From Takakia lepidozioides (Eukaryota > Plantae > Bryophyta): DNA of 64,000 nucleotides. A model generated the notes under the pieces. That model saw only the letters and a list, made by a program, of their open reading frames with translations. It searched no databases and was not told the DNA's origin. Location of the stretch: contig CM060731.1 of the NCBI GenBank assembly GCA_030704615.1, forward strand, positions 40,424,001 through 40,488,000, in the 5' to 3' direction. Position numbers and translations under genes: made by a program. Numbering within the stretch: the first letter of the stretch is position 1; each line of letters starts with the position of its first letter. Positions 27,875 through 42,662 of the stretch are shown piece by piece.

Positions 27875-30800
27875 CTATGGCGGACTCAGAGCAGACAGGA
27901 TTGTGTACCATGGCTCATGCACTCGGCATGTCACACTTGCTAGTCTGTCTAATGCATCTGCCACAGCCATCACCTTGTCCATCAGAAAGCTCCCTCCAAT
28001 CCTTCGCAAAGCTGACTCGGCAACTGTGACACCCTCAGATACCTTGCCTACGACCAGCAGAGCGCGGACACTTGCTCCAATGGTGGCTGACACGCGTGCA
28101 AACACAGCATCGTCAGGTGACAGACTTTTGTTAAGAACTCTTGTCATCAGCTCCGTGTTGGCTGCCAGGTCGGCGCTAGCTTCAGCCTCCACGTTCCCAC
28201 TAGCGATTTGCGCCAACAACCCTCCAATCTGAGTGATCGTTACAGTTGGCTTGCTCAACAGCAGGTCGAGTCTTTGTCTGCCACTTTCCATCACCTTTTC
28301 CAACTCGGTTCCAACAATACCCTGGCCTGCCAGCCCTTGCCTTGCCACCAGCAACCTGCCACCACATCCCAACAATGTCATGAGTTGGTGGAATTGTGGT
28401 GTCACATCAAAGAACATTCACATTCACATCCAATGCCATTCTTGGCTCCAAAATACACGCACATTGGAGAATTCGGCAACCACACTTACACATCTGCAGT
28501 CATGGTCAAGTTCCAATTAGTGGCACACTCCTATACCTGATATTTTCAACAACGATCTGAATCTGACATACCCAATTGCAAGTTAAAGCAGTCATAACAG
28601 ACAAAGTAGTGTTACATATCATAAGAGCAATTGAGGGAGCTAGATGATACCCAGTGGCAATGACAAGGATTCGCTGAAATGCATTTTGGCAGTCTTGCAG
28701 CCGTGCAGCATTCAGCGTGAGAGTCTCAGGCACCCTTGCCTCTGTGGCTGCCTCACTACTACGGAGAATGGCCAAAAGGCCCAAGCGGACCATAGTATCA
28801 TTGCTCTTCCACACCACCTCCCTGTCCTGCCTTTCCCCACCTGTCTCCCCAACATCACCCACATTCATAAAACCTCTTCAGTTGCCAAGCTACAGCCTGC
28901 AAGTGAATCAAATCTAAAAAGGGACCAGAAACTATGACTTACCTTGATACAAACAATTAGTTCGGGCTTTCCAGATATCCTCTAGGAAGCCCTTCACACA
29001 AGCATCAATCTGCTGTGTGTGAGCAGCCCAAAAGTGAGACCCCAACAGGGCCAGGGCTTTAGGCTCAGCCTCAAGATTTTGAAAGTTGGTGAACAGAGGT
29101 GCGGAGACAATGTCCTTGATTGCCTGAAGAGGGACACTCTCTGGTGAGACTATCCCGGACAAATTATCAGAAAATGAATATTGTCTTCAGGTTGCTGGCA
29201 CATCGGGCAATCGCAATCTCCTCTTCCTCTCTGCATCTGTTTATTGTTCAAAGGTAGGCTTCCCGCCCTGAGTTTACATTTCAGTCTAATGCCAAGGGTA
29301 GAAATAGTGTGTGTGTGTGAGAGAGAGAGGGGGAGAGAAATTAAGTTAAACACCCAATAGAGCCCACCCCCGAAAGCCGGAACGTGAAGTGGCTCTTTTG
29401 TTACGCCGGCCTTGGCTGGAGTCATCTCTCTCTCTTAAACACCCATAGGGGGCCCTCAGGCCCATGGGATAAACGAAGAACCAACTTCAAAGTACACTAA
29501 ACGTCCCAAAGAGAGAGAAAGAGCCCCATCAAAGATGGTGAAGGAATGAACAAGTATTAGTAATAGGTGATTTTGTCATGGCGTCTTGGTTACAATGTTG
29601 GCTGGATGGGCTCAAGAGGGCTGTAAACTGTGCGTGGGGTCTATGGCCACAAGGCTACGGCAAACAACGTCTTAGAGTACATTCTCTCTCACTATGGACA
29701 CGACATAAAGACTGACAGGAGGAAAACCAACCTGCCAGGATAGGTGACCCTGCTATAGATGCACTGCCTGAGAGTCCTGTGGTGATAACGATGCGGCCAC
29801 CTGTACGCATAGACGAGGCAGGAGGCAGACCGGTAGTTGGGGAGCTCACTGGCAATCCTTGTGAACCTCCCCCCATTGCTGCCAATGAAGCTTCGATTTC
29901 GATTCGATCTTGTTCTAAACTGCCTGACACCTCAGCAAACCAGCTAGAAGTGCGTGGAAGGCGCTCTGCAATTTGAGCTGCTGAGACGGATGCAACAGCC
30001 ACCAGTTGAAAGCGTGTTGCAAATGCTTTGCGCATGTAGTCTACACCTGCCAAGCCACTAATCAGCGGGGCCAGGGCTCGCAGGCGGGTGGAGCTGATGT
30101 CTTGCTTCAGCACCTGCATCCATCAGCCCCGACACCCAGACATAAAAGATTCCCGATAAGCTTTCTCCTCTCCTTAGCTGTGAAGCTTTGTTGCACCACA
30201 AGTGCTGACCAAGTTAAGATCCAAATCTAGTTCTGAACCTGATCTAGAATCCAGACCTGGCTACTTGTTCGCTGCGTGATGAAGCCTCCAGCCTGGTTGC
30301 CTTAACCTTGCCAGTAACAGTGGGTCTCACATGTAGAGAGCACTTCTCATTCAGACAATTCCCAAACTTGACGCTATTTGTGAGGAGTGTATTTGTGTAT
30401 TTTGACCCTAGTAGCTTGCATGTGTGCAGGTGGGAGATGCATCTTGCCTAAGATCCACAACATGAATCCGATAAGGCGATCCAGCAAGATGTTCCAAAGA
30501 TTATGTCACTCATCATTCTTGTAAGACACTCCCGCCATTTCTGAAGTTGGAGCACGTGAATCACAATCTGATAAAACCAAAAGAAGAGGGACGAAGTGAG
30601 GATGCAGGCTGGTGAGGGAGGCCAACCTGAAGTTGTTCAAAGATGAAGCGTATCCCCCTCACCAGAGTGATTGCAAATGCACTTTGTGATTTCTCGTTGT
30701 CTGAAAGTGCCGCTGATAACTCATCAACCAGCACTTGGTGCGCAGCCTTTGCCTCATTGTCGCGGACTGGTGCACCCAGCTTTAGGATCAGACCAGATGC

Positions 30801-33800
30801 ATAGTCCAACAGCCGCCGTAGGTAGTCCATATCATTGCTACCTGATTCCAGTATCTACACAACCATATTTGCAATGAACTTCAGACAACATTGATGATCC
30901 AGGCCATTCGCAAGAAGACGGATACATATATTTCAGCCACAGGTCGGCCCAGGGGTTCCAATCAAACAGTAGAAGAGAACCCCTGACACAAAAACATATA
31001 AACCCAAAACGTTGCACGAAGGAGGAGTGCTTGCAGAGGAAAGGAGTTAAGAGAGTCTTTGAAAGAGAAATGAAATGAAATGTAGTTTATAACGTCCGAG
31101 GAAAGCAGGGGAGATTTGAAGTCCTTTTTTACCTGAGAAAATAGTTCTAAGTCCATACTTTCCCGAAGCTCCACTTTCCATTGTTCAGGAACAAGACCCT
31201 CAAGCTCCTCCCGCACCTCACCCACCAGGTTGACAACACGCTTGTACTCAATCGGCTCTTTCACAAGGCCCTCTGCAATGCTATCCCAGAAAGCATCCTC
31301 CATTGTTGATCGTATTTGTGCCTGCAGTACAACCACGGCGAGATATGATGACGAAGACATTCAGCTGACAATATTTAGCTACACATGAGCAAAATAGCAT
31401 GTAGCCATCTAAAATATGTTTTGCGAATTCCTTTGAAAACAATACCGGCAGCAGACTCTGTACTTCAGTCGTACATCCTATAACTAACTACTCCTGGCTG
31501 AATATATCGAGGTTGGCTATACTCATGCATTGCTAGCAACATGAATTCAACTAGCTCACCTGCATCTCAGATACTTTTGATGAAAGTGGGTTTGAAAGAG
31601 TGGCAGAATCCAAGGGGTTGTGTGGTTGTGGTTGTGCAGCATCTGGTGACAGCCAACTGTAGTCATGCAGCATCTCATTGACGATACGCTCATTGGTGAG
31701 ACCCTGGTCTTGAGACTCTGTTGCAGCATCTGAGACCAGCGAATGCACTTCCTGTGCTTCCTGCCGAATCAAGCTGTCAGAATTACTTGCTTTGAGAACG
31801 GGGTCCATAAAGAGAGAGCGAACAACTTTAGACCGGGAACCGCCACTGGTCTCTTCTCTGAGAGAGCTAGTCTCTTGTAAGCCCCTTCCAGGAGAAGCAA
31901 CAGCAGGCGAATTGGATGGTGCAGAGGAGGGTCTAGACAGAACTGGAGATGCAAATGGTGAAGGCAAGGGAAGTCCATTTTCAAGGGCTTCCACAAAGTT
32001 GGCACGCACGTCCACCAAGGCTTCTTCCATGCGCATTAAACCTGGACTGCCAGTCAGATGCACAATCCGATCCCGCAATAACTTCTGATCCTCCAGCACC
32101 TGCCATGTGAAATGCTTTAGTCATTCGTATATGCTTAGCAATCTACAACTCGACTTGGAATCAACATGTCGTTTGACATCTCTCACATGGATGCAACTAG
32201 GTATATTGCAGCTCCAGGGGCACATACTACCACAAAGACCAATAATAAAAATTAGCCTCCTCCAAGTGGACATTCTACGGACACATCCCTAACGAATAGG
32301 ATACCTGAGGAGGTGTCAGAGCTAACCTGCTTGCGAATTGCCTTGGCGTCATGGCTAAGATCAGAGGCATCCCCATCAGGAGAAACTTTGCATTTTTGCA
32401 ACATAGAGATTTCTAGTTGACATGCCATCCGTGTCAAATCTTCCTCCAGAACTTGGGCATCCTTCACTTTCCAGGCAACAAACTGGTACAGATATGAACA
32501 CCACGCTGCATCAAATGCAGCAAGCTGAGCAGCAAAAGGCCTTGGTGGAGGTGGTGGTGCAGGTAGAGCAGACAGGCCAGACTGACAATCAGACCTTTTC
32601 TCAGAAGCACCATTGGGAGAGGAAGGGCGCGGTGGGCTGGATGAAGGGCCATCAAGAATAGTTGTAGTCAATGCTTCAAATTCAGGCAAGAGTTTGGCTG
32701 CCGCTTCTGCAAGCGCAGTTTCACGCTTGCCTCGACTACTGAACACAGCATCCGGCTGCCCTTGAATCATATAAGCACAAAGAAACACTCGAGCCGGGTA
32801 TCTGTCCAGCTCCTTCTCATCAGATTTTTGACCATCCTTCCCCTTTGAAATCAAAGTGCCAGATGGAGACCAGCCAGCATCTTTAGCAACCCCTTTATTC
32901 CCTCCTTGTGGGGCAAACTTCTTAGCTGAGTTACTTGCATTCGACATTCCAGTTCTGCGGATTGCAGGTGGTGACAAGCGTTTGAGCAGATGATCAATGC
33001 GTGTGGCATTGCTGGCATGACCCGCTAACGAGAGCAGAAGGCGGCTCTCAATGCGTGTCAGGAGTGCCTTCACACTACGGAGTGTAGCAGGCGATGTGAT
33101 GCGTGCTGCCAGCTGCTCAAACGGAATGGATGTCACAGATGCCCCATTTATGGCACAAGCCACATACTCTTGTGCTAATGCATATGTGGTGCGCCTAGAC
33201 CGCCGAAACTGCCTCCAGCATCTGCAAATTCCACCCAGATGTCAATACAAAGCACACACCTCTTCCTTTCCCTTCCTCCCCCCTAACCGAATCGGACAAC
33301 TGCAATAGCCAAAGTCAATTGTCAAAGCTTCTGCACTGATAGAACGTATGCGGAAAATTTGATAAATTAAGCAAGCAATTACCACATTTTTAGTATATTG
33401 CACCATGTGAACTGGATGGGCCCGCGCAAAAAAAGAACACTCTTACAGAAAGGATCGACTTTATTACCTTTCCTTGTGTTCAAGACACAGGCTACCAGAA
33501 GCAGCAGAAGAAAAACACTGACCTGGTAAGCTTGCGGCAAAGGCGATCTCCGTGCTTGAACATCTTGTGACCGTGATTGTGGCACACACCCCTACACCCG
33601 CCCCTTTGTCTCAAAAATTCTGCCCGTTGTCTTCTTGCCTGTGGGTTCAAGGTCATTGTGATCAGGTCCACACTTATACAATCAAGAACAGCTTTACAGT
33701 GTGTGCCACAAGTGATTGGTATCTTACAAAAGATGAAATGCATATCTGTGACAAAATTTGAAGTAGCAAAGTATGACATGGAGCAGAAAGTTACTCGTTG

Positions 33801-35765
33801 CAGACGAGCTTCTAGCTTTTCCTTCTTTTTCCGCAATTCCAACTCGCGCTCCCGAATGACTGCTTTGGCGACCCTACGCGCCTGAAGGACACTGGCCTGC
33901 GCACGGCTCTTCTCTGCCTCCAACAGGCCAGCACGCTTCTCCTCAGCAGCAGCTATCTTTTGGCAGATAGCCAAGCGTAATGCTTCAATTCGCTCCCGAT
34001 CCTTTCCTTCCTGATGCGTGCGCTGAACTACAGACTGTGCCATTCGTTCATGGGCAGCAGCCCGCCGTTGCTTTTCAGCCTCCAGCAGAGCCATCCGGTT
34101 GGTCTCAGCTTGGAGCACTCGCAACTCCACCTTGAAGCCTAGCTCCTCACGCTCACGCTCTGACCGCAGCTGTGCTTCTGTTTTGGCTGCCACACGCAGT
34201 TCATGTAACTTTGCCAGCCGCATCTGCTCTTGTGCCAGTAACTCTGCCCTGCTCCACCCCCAACATCAGCACGTCAATGTCATTCTGAATTCCGAGAAGT
34301 GTGTTATGCAAACCATACAAAAGCAGTGGGAGGGTGGCGGATGAGAGCAGAGAGAAGTCGCCAAAAATGAAAGCCTTGAATGTTGCCAGAGGACCTTAGC
34401 TTGTCATCCCACCACCAGAGGGCCACTGCAGCCTTTTTGATGAGTTCAGTTCCACCCTTCCAAATTTCCAGAAGGTCTACACTTAGTATCTCGAAAGTTC
34501 AAGGAAGCTTTGGTTCCGGCCATTGGACCGACCATATATAAAATCAACAAAAGCATGGTCATGCATGTACTGTATGGTCCAAGGGTCTACCGCAAACCCA
34601 GTGCACTGCAACAGAAAGATTTTGCCATCCTACCAGTGTATATTACTGACATAATAAGTAGAGATCCTACTTAGTGCCCACAACTGTGAGGCAGGGAAGA
34701 GCCACATCTCAAGTTTTTCAAAGCAGCACAACAACGCAGACAGCCGTTAAAACATTCCTCGCAAGCTACTTTCTGTTGAAAACTTTGGCAGAATCTGAAA
34801 GCTGATTTGTGTAGCTGAAGTTGCTCACACGTCAGTCCTGTTTCACCTGGCATAGTTTTAAAACAAACTCTCTCACCTAAGCGAGAATCCAACCTTCAAA
34901 CCAAAAATCAGTTAAAAACAACTTGTACAACAGGTGTTTAGTGTCACTTGGACCAGTATCTACAAGGGCTCGTTGACTTTGAGCAGTCAGCCATGACCGT
35001 GGGTGAACCTGCCAAAGTAGTTTATGCTTAATGCAATGACCCTACCACATGTTGGAACAAGGTCACCCTGACACATTAATTGAACAACAAGCCCCTATAG
35101 TCAAGAGAAGATAACGCAGGCCAACTTTGCAATCAAGCACTGGACTAGTTGATCAGAGGAATATCACGTGAAGGGCTGTGGAGTCAAGTACAATCCACAC
35201 CTCTTTTGCTCAGCGGCAGAGAGTTTGGCTTCCAGGCGCTGTGCGAGGTCTTCATATTGTGGAGAGCGTGTTGGACTTGCTCTTGGCCTTGGACGTGCCT
35301 TGTTGGCCAGCCACTCATGAAATTGCTGTAGAGAGAATTCCCAAGGAATATTAGACAAGTCACAACTTCCCTCTATAATAACCGGTCAAGGATGGATTAT
35401 CTCATAAAGGTGGATGCTGGGTAAGCATGGAAAAAGGCCTCCAATACATTATGGACAATGGGACCTCTATGAGGGCAATTACGGAGTCAGATAATATTCT
35501 GTAACTAGTGGAAAGACGGGAAAAGTAATTTAACCTGGCGTCTCGAGTCGGCCTCCTTGAGTTTGGTTTCAATATCTTCAAGACTTGGAGGCACTTTGGA
35601 CTTGTTTTCTAGAGCTTCTTCGAGACGCCGCCGTACCCGCTTGGGGACAGGTGAATTGGAAGTGACACATTCGGATATCGCAATGTCAAAGGCAATGCCT
35701 ATCCCAGGGTTGAGCATCATTCTGCCATCCATACTGCCCAGGTCCATGCTTACTGATGCGGCCAT
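27875..35765 (-). CDS. T-complex protein 11 (TCP11) domain protein, plant type, about 11 exons
   Basis: Successive minus-strand exons: PKRVRRRL...EDIETKLKEADSRRQ, RLEAKLSAAEQKR, a coiled-coil block, RYPARVFLCAYMI, YLYQFVAWKVKD, NERIVNEMLH, MEDAFWD, LGAPVRD, PETLTLN..RL and RVHEPWY. Confidence 0.92.
28937..29690. mobile_element. Intronic LINE insertion: inverted C-terminal segment, unrelated filler, then a short plus-strand 3' tail
   Basis: 28937-~29300 is the minus-strand homolog of ~14280-14642. ~29631-29690 is the plus-strand homolog of 14705-14760. Flanked by ACTATG at 28931-28936 and 29691-29696. Confidence 0.75.
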
Positions 35766-38499
35766 GCCTCATCCACTTTGCGTTCCCTACACATCATTGA
35801 CACAAGCAACAAGCTGTTCAATAAGAAAAGTGTAGGAGGACAAGTGTCTCCTCCACAGTAATAACAGTGAAGTCCCTCCAGCTATTTGTTTCACACATGT
35901 AACTATTATTGTAGCTTCATTTCCCACTTGAAGATGTTTGTCAGTATTTTGGAGGTATGAAGTACATGAACTTGAACCAGCCAAAGACAGGCAGGTATAA
36001 AGTGAAGCCCCATATCAAAGCAAGTCATAAAACATGTATGATTTGGCACATATGCTCTTCAAGCACACATGAGGTCAAACCAAGTAAGCATGCGCGGGGC
36101 TAAAGAGGTGGAGACCAGCTGGTCTCTCGAAATCTTTGTAGCCCCAGGCCTTGCTCAATTGACAGTCTTTCCAGGCTTCATGAATTGATAGGGCAGTGGT
36201 AAGTAGATCAGCCAATGCAAAGTTTGACCATCCCATGCAGTCCACGTCACTTTGTTGGCTCTGTGAGTTAAATTGGAAAAGAGCAACTTCTGCCTTTTCT
36301 ATGATTGTCTGCATATCACACCGCCCATACATGAGAATTTCCCTAGACCATAAGCAGACAGCACCATATACAAAGCAGAAAGACTACTTCCTCTATGGTG
36401 CAGGATGTAATAGGTACTTATGCAGGGTCAAACGTTAGCCAGTAAGTTCGAATTAGGTCAGTGAAGTCTTTGAAAGATTAGATTGAAGCATTTCAGGATT
36501 TGCTGAAGGGAAAAATTGCATCAAGGAATGGAGCAAACTGGTGAAGAAAAACTGGGCTTAACTTTCCTTGTCAAGCCCAAACACCGCTAAGAAATATATC
36601 ATAAAAAATTCATAAGAAATCATATGAAATCGTACTTGTCTTAGCTAGCATGGCTAGAACCTCTACCTTGGCACAATTATTGTCCATTAGTAGGGTAGGC
36701 AGAAGGAAAAACAAATTACAGAGAGGTAGGAAGGATTCTGTAGAACAACAGATTGAATAACTACATAAGTTTGGGACAAGAGGAATCACTCAATTCCCTA
36801 ATACCATGTATAATTCTTCAATACAGTCAACGAGATCTGTGTACACCCTCCAATATGTCAAAAACCGCACAAAATGCATGGCAACGATACTCCTGTCACA
36901 GAAAGAAGCCAAAAATCCTGGCAGACAGAATTCTGAACCCTTCTAACTTCTCGTCACTAGTAAAATTACGCAGAGTGCGTTCAAGAGGAAATCAGGCCAG
37001 GGCATACAGTTTCTCTCAGTTAATGAGGCACACTCTTCTCCTTTATCCTCCCTTTCTTTTCTTGATTTTGTCACCTGCCAGACGGCAGGCTCTAGGTAAG
37101 ATTCATTGCACCGATTCCACGACGGAGGTCGCAGGGACACATGAAGTGCCAAGAATTGACGAGATTCCTCACTGAGTGCCCGCCTCCCCGCTCTGGGAAA
37201 TTGGATGAATACCGACAGAGAAAACAAAAACCAAGAAACAGAAGGGAGCCAACCACTGCCAACACACCATTAACAGCTTCTCCGCAATTCCTAAACCACG
37301 AAAATCTCACGAAACTACTTCGGTACAGAAACCTTTTCGCAATCCACGCCCTCTACCAAACTACACAGAAAGCAGGTCACGCACGCAGTAACAGGAACCA
37401 GCAAACCAATTCCTCTTCCCCTCCGCAGAAACAATCACTAACTCACTCAATCACACACACAATGACACAAACATCAATCTACCGCACAACTCACTCACAA
37501 TTGAAGCACAAATTGCAATCCAGATCCGGGGGCGCCCAAACGCCCCAAGTCCTCAACCAAATGCTTGCCGTTTTCCCCAAGAATCCTCCCACAGTTTCCA
37601 CACAACAATCTGGTGGCAGCCGATGCTTCAATTCTGTCAAATCCCTCAGTTGCCTGCCTCAAATCCACAGCGCGCTGCACAATTGCAGGTGCAGATCCGC
37701 ACGCTCTCGCAGACGACGACGTTGGTTATGACGCGGCCGGCGGGGCCCCTGCGCGCGACCCTTGCTTTCCAACCTCTCGCACGCCGCCACGTGGACAAGA
37801 GTTACCGTTAGCGTGCTTTCCTTTTCACACTTCCAGTCCTTGTCTTCTTTTATCTTTTTGTCGTTTCTTTATTAGACTCTGGTGTCGTCGTGTCGTCTCT
37901 GTGGGCCTTCCTATTTCTTTTCTTTTTCTTTTTCTTTTTCCTCTAGTAAAAACTACTGTAGTATCATTTTACGTCAACGCATTTTTTGCCAACCTGCCTG
38001 TAACTTTTATTCTACTCCATGCACGGCATGGAAAAAATAACAGTAAGTTTTGTTTGGCTCAAGTCAGTACTACTCCAGTGGGCTTTACTTTTTTTTTTCT
38101 TTTTTTCTTTCCTTTTTTTTTCCCTCTTTTCTCCAAAGACAGGCCAATTGCATTAATATTGTTTTCATTTAAATTTAAATTTGAAATAAAATGAATTTTC
38201 CCCTCTGACGCAAGGCCTTGTGGTGTTTGCTTGGAAACAAAAAAAAATTAAGAACCAAAAACAAAACTGGTCTCGACTTCCTTTCGGACATTGCAACACA
38301 ACTCAAAAAACGGAGCAAGAACGCTCGTCCACTTTTCTTGTCCAAATCGGAGGATAGACAACTGATTGGACTTCCACATACACTGGATTTTTTAAACTTT
38401 TTTTATTAAAAATTGGAATTCGAAGCACTCATATCTGAAAAATCTATTTTATTTCTAGTCATATTGTTTGGTTTTGATGAGTCTAGATTGAGAATTTAT

Positions 38500-38815
38500 C
38501 TGATTTTTCGTATTGTTTTGATCAGTGGTCGGCCCGTAAATCAAAAGTTTAGTTGATTCTTAATGGTATTGTTTGATCAGTGGTCGTCCCGTAGATCGAA
38601 AATTTAGTTGATTCTTAATCGTATTGTTTGATCAGTGGTCGTCCAGTAGATCGAAAATTTATTTGATTCTTTATCGTATTGTCTGATCAATGCTCGTCCC
38701 ATAGATAAAAAATTTAGTTGATTCTTAATCGTATTGTTTGATCAGTGGTCGTCCCGTAGATCGAAAATATATTTGATTCTTACTTAACCTTATGGTTTGA
38801 TGAGTGGTTGTCCGT
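38500..38815. repeat. Minisatellite, about 55-bp unit, 5-6 copies
   Basis: Unit TATTGTTTGATCAGTGGTCGTCCCGTAGATCGAAAATTTAGTTGATTCTTAATCG is repeated head to tail with no unique spacers. Confidence 0.9.
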
Positions 38816-41800
38816 GGATGTTGAAGTGTGTACATCGGCTATTCAGAACACAGACACAAAAAAATCATTTTTATCACGAATCGGTGATGATCGGTGTCAA
38901 TCATAACAGGTTCTACTAGAGTGGAGCTGCTTCCAGAAGCAACTTTGTCTTGAGAAAGCTATGGCACACACTCATTACCTCTCATAGGCTTGTTTTACAA
39001 AGTGAGAAAAGCGTCCAATACATATTTATTTTTCATGAAACTGGGAAAAACTAAAATATGATTGATTCGAAACGTAATATAATTAGAGATGTAAATCATT
39101 TATTCACCCACCGGAGGCCGAACCTTTAGGATACCGAAAATCAAAAGGAAAGAAAGAAAGAAAGAAAGGAAAGTCTTACAACACGTCACTTGTCAACAAG
39201 AACAAGAACATGCTGGACCACCAAAAAGTGAAGAAGCAAAGTAAGGGGATTAATTATTATTTTTCCAGATTTGTTTTTAAAAAATAAATAAAAGGGGAGC
39301 AATGCCCCTCAGGCTGGCCCGAACTTTACAACGTAGGGGGGTAGGCTGTCACTCGGACCTAAGGTATTATTATTATTTCAGAGGGCCCACACCCGAAAGG
39401 GGCAGTTAGTTACGCAAGCTTTGGCAGGAGTCCCCTCTCTCTCTTATTATAAAGATAAAGGTTCATGCCGCGCTCTTATGGAAGCATGGCTTGAATGCGC
39501 CCTTCCATTGGGCTGCTCCGTTAGCAGGTCGGTATATTATTCGGCGGGTAATTTTTTTCTGTAATTTGGGCGTTATGAGGATTTGTACCCACGATCGTTT
39601 GTGGCTAGTAGCAGGTAGGTGCCACATGGAAGTCTGTCCAAAAAGCAACCTTGTGCAGGGCCGTAGGTATTTTTTTAATGAGCATAAGAAATTTTACAAA
39701 AATAACTAAATAGTTGAAATTTATTTTATCCTATTTATCATATAGCTATTAATTTATAGAAAAAACTGGGTCCGATTAACAATATATTATTATTATTATT
39801 ATTATTATTTATTACTGAGAGGGGAAAATGGTAAACCCCGATATATGCTGCTGAGTAGTTTAGTATATCGGAAAAGAGCACCCAGTAATTGTACTGAAAT
39901 ATGTAGAATGTAAGAACAGAAAGATGACTAAATACGTTGAATATGGAATCCCGAATCCGATCGCGAGGTTTGAACTGCAGACCTTGGATTCCTTGGGCCT
40001 CGTTGAGTTCCCATCACCTGGCAAGCACAGTTGATCCAACGAGGGGATGAGGAGGGCGCGCTCACGAGGTCTAAGGTGAGGCACATTAATTGGCTTTCTA
40101 TTTATGCAGCTGCATGCAGCCTAGTCAGCGCAGTGGAAGGTGACGAGACGGGATGTGTTCACGCATGTTGTGCGGAGGACAAGTAGCGTGTGACCGGCGT
40201 CATTTCTCCTCTGGTAGGCCCCCCCAAATGAGCATTTTTCGGGGTGAGGATCTCACTCCACCATTGAATTGCAGCTAGAACTTCAAAGATGACATACACG
40301 TGCATCATGAAAATAGATTCTCTTCGCAATCTCTCGTGGATGAAGGGTAGATGACGACGACGACGAGAGAGTCCACAACAAAACCGTTGGAACGGTACTG
40401 GTGGGCCTCGCTGATCGTGCAAGCTCGCATGTAGGACAACAGTCACAGTACATGGCGTGCACACTGCTCTCCTGTTCAGCAAGGGACGTCCTTCCAAAGG
40501 ACTGCAGCTTAGCGATGGTGTGTCGTTTGGTGATCTGTAAAACCTGTGGTCTTTCCGTCAACGGAACAGATCTGAATGGGTTAGGCCCTAGGGACCCAAG
40601 GAATCTCTGGCAGATTCAAAAGCTCACTTTAACCTGGGACAAGGCCCGTGTTCCAAGGACATGGCCGATGGCCTAGGAGAATGGAGGTCCAAGGAAGAGA
40701 TTGACAAGAAGAGGCTCAAAAGCAAACCTTGAGAGCTAAAGGACAAGAAGAATTTGGAATCTGTCAAAGGATGTGGAGAGGACACAAGGATTCATTAAGG
40801 TAGACAGAAGACTCCGGCCAAAGCCAACGTAACTAAGAGCCACTTCGCGATGGGAGTGGAATAAGGTTAGGTAGCCGGTGCGGAGCCTGGTTACCTATAA
40901 CCTACCCGACATATCCGGTTTTAGGATGAGTTGAGCCCTTCTATTGTTTCCATCTGTGTTGCATGTCAGATCAATTGAGCCCTTTTTGACTTGACAGGCT
41001 AAAAAGGTCCCTCTACCTACCTATCTTTTAGACCTTGTTAAATAAGGATAAACAGTCACTTTATGGACTTGGTAGCCGCAACCGGCTACGGGCTGTAGCC
41101 GGACACAAGCAGTGCCTGGTGTCCCGCTACACCCGTAGCCGGTCAAGCCTCCCCGTATACCCGAACCGAGGTGGTGGGCTACGGCGGATGACAGGCCTGT
41201 CCAGGACAAATTAAACGTTGCCACGTAAGAAAAATGCCTCCAAACCTCGGTTATGAGGTCCGCTTCTTGTGGAGTCACGTAGTGGGAAATGTTTGAAGGG
41301 CAATGACTTCGAGCGTCCTTAGAGCGAATCAGTGAACAAGACGTTGGCAAGATGGTAAGTAGGAAAAATTGAAGGGCGAATATGGTTTATATCTTATATC
41401 CAGCATTTTCAAAGCCAATTAAACCATGACACGTCGGCAGAACTACTCCTAAAACCGGTTATGAACAGAACTTAATGATGCACTCGTGCCATCTGACGTT
41501 ACTTTCGCCGGTTCCTTCCGGCAGCCTGGGCTCCTTTTGCAGGGGGGGGGGGGCTGTCAAATCCTCCCCCACCCCTCTTAGGGCCAAACTTCCATGTCCC
41601 TGCCCTCGGCCAAGTTTGACAAAATTGACACCTTGCTTCCATGCGTTAATTTTCGCAGGCGCACAGCCCCAGACAATGGGGATTTGGCGCCATAGTTAAT
41701 GGTCGGTGATCGCTTTTGACCTGCTGTACTAGGTTACCATGTCTCTTCTACCTGCTGTGAAGGCCACCTTTGTGCACATTGCTAGCCAGCCGCCGCCCTC

Positions 41801-42662
41801 TTTGCTTGCGGGCAGCTTTCTTTCTAGTGGCAAATTTTCGCCAGATTTTGACCTCAAAAAATAAAATAAAATATTCTGTCGAAAATTCCCTGTTTTCTCA
41901 TGGATGAAAACGCCAAATTTCTCCAAATAAAAAATAAATTATGGATGAATTTGCCAAATAAGGATGATATAAATGGATTAAAATACAGAGGTGGATGAAT
42001 TTATGTGGATGAACAGAATGTACCACTATATTTTGCAGAACTCTATAGCCACTCCTGCTGGTTTCCAAATTTCTTAAAAAAAACACTGATTGCGGGGCCC
42101 ACCCTTTGCCTAACAACAGGCTCAATTGGTCCGGGTGCCTTGGACAGCGAGGCACACCTACTGCCCGATTGCTTTTGAACCCTGTGCACATAAAAGCAAC
42201 CATCCATCCCACAAGTTGGCCATGCTCCACCGATGATGTCGGTTAACTTTGGATAACTTGGCTTGGGACGGTGAAGACGTGGAAGTTGGCCCTTACCTGG
42301 GTTGTACTATTAAATTCTAGTGATTGAAGGTAGGAGGTAGAGCAGGAATAGGGTGCCATAGTGCCACATCATCTCCAGCGATGTTATCGCAGGGTCATTT
42401 GCTTAAAACTGCCCGGACTGCCCAAAAACATTATAAATAAATAAAATAAAATGTCATCTCCGCCACGTCATTGCCACGTTTCAGAGGCCAAATCATCAAT
42501 TTTCAGCTGCCATTTTTTGTCAAATCTGCTCTATATTTATTTATTTATTTGTTGTTTCTTTCATTATTCAAAGTAAATTATATGGCACTTCCAAATATTA
42601 CTTTGATTCCGTGGTAAGCACGTTTTAATTTACTAATATTTTGCGGTAGTACATATAGATAT

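Noticed and set aside
36753-38194. ORFs of 140-209 aa upstream of TCP11
   Set aside because: Low-complexity sequence with no motifs. More likely the TCP11 5' UTR, intron and promoter.
38500-38815. Possible CRISPR array
   Set aside because: Units are contiguous 55-mers without unique spacers, in a eukaryotic context with no cas genes. It is a minisatellite.
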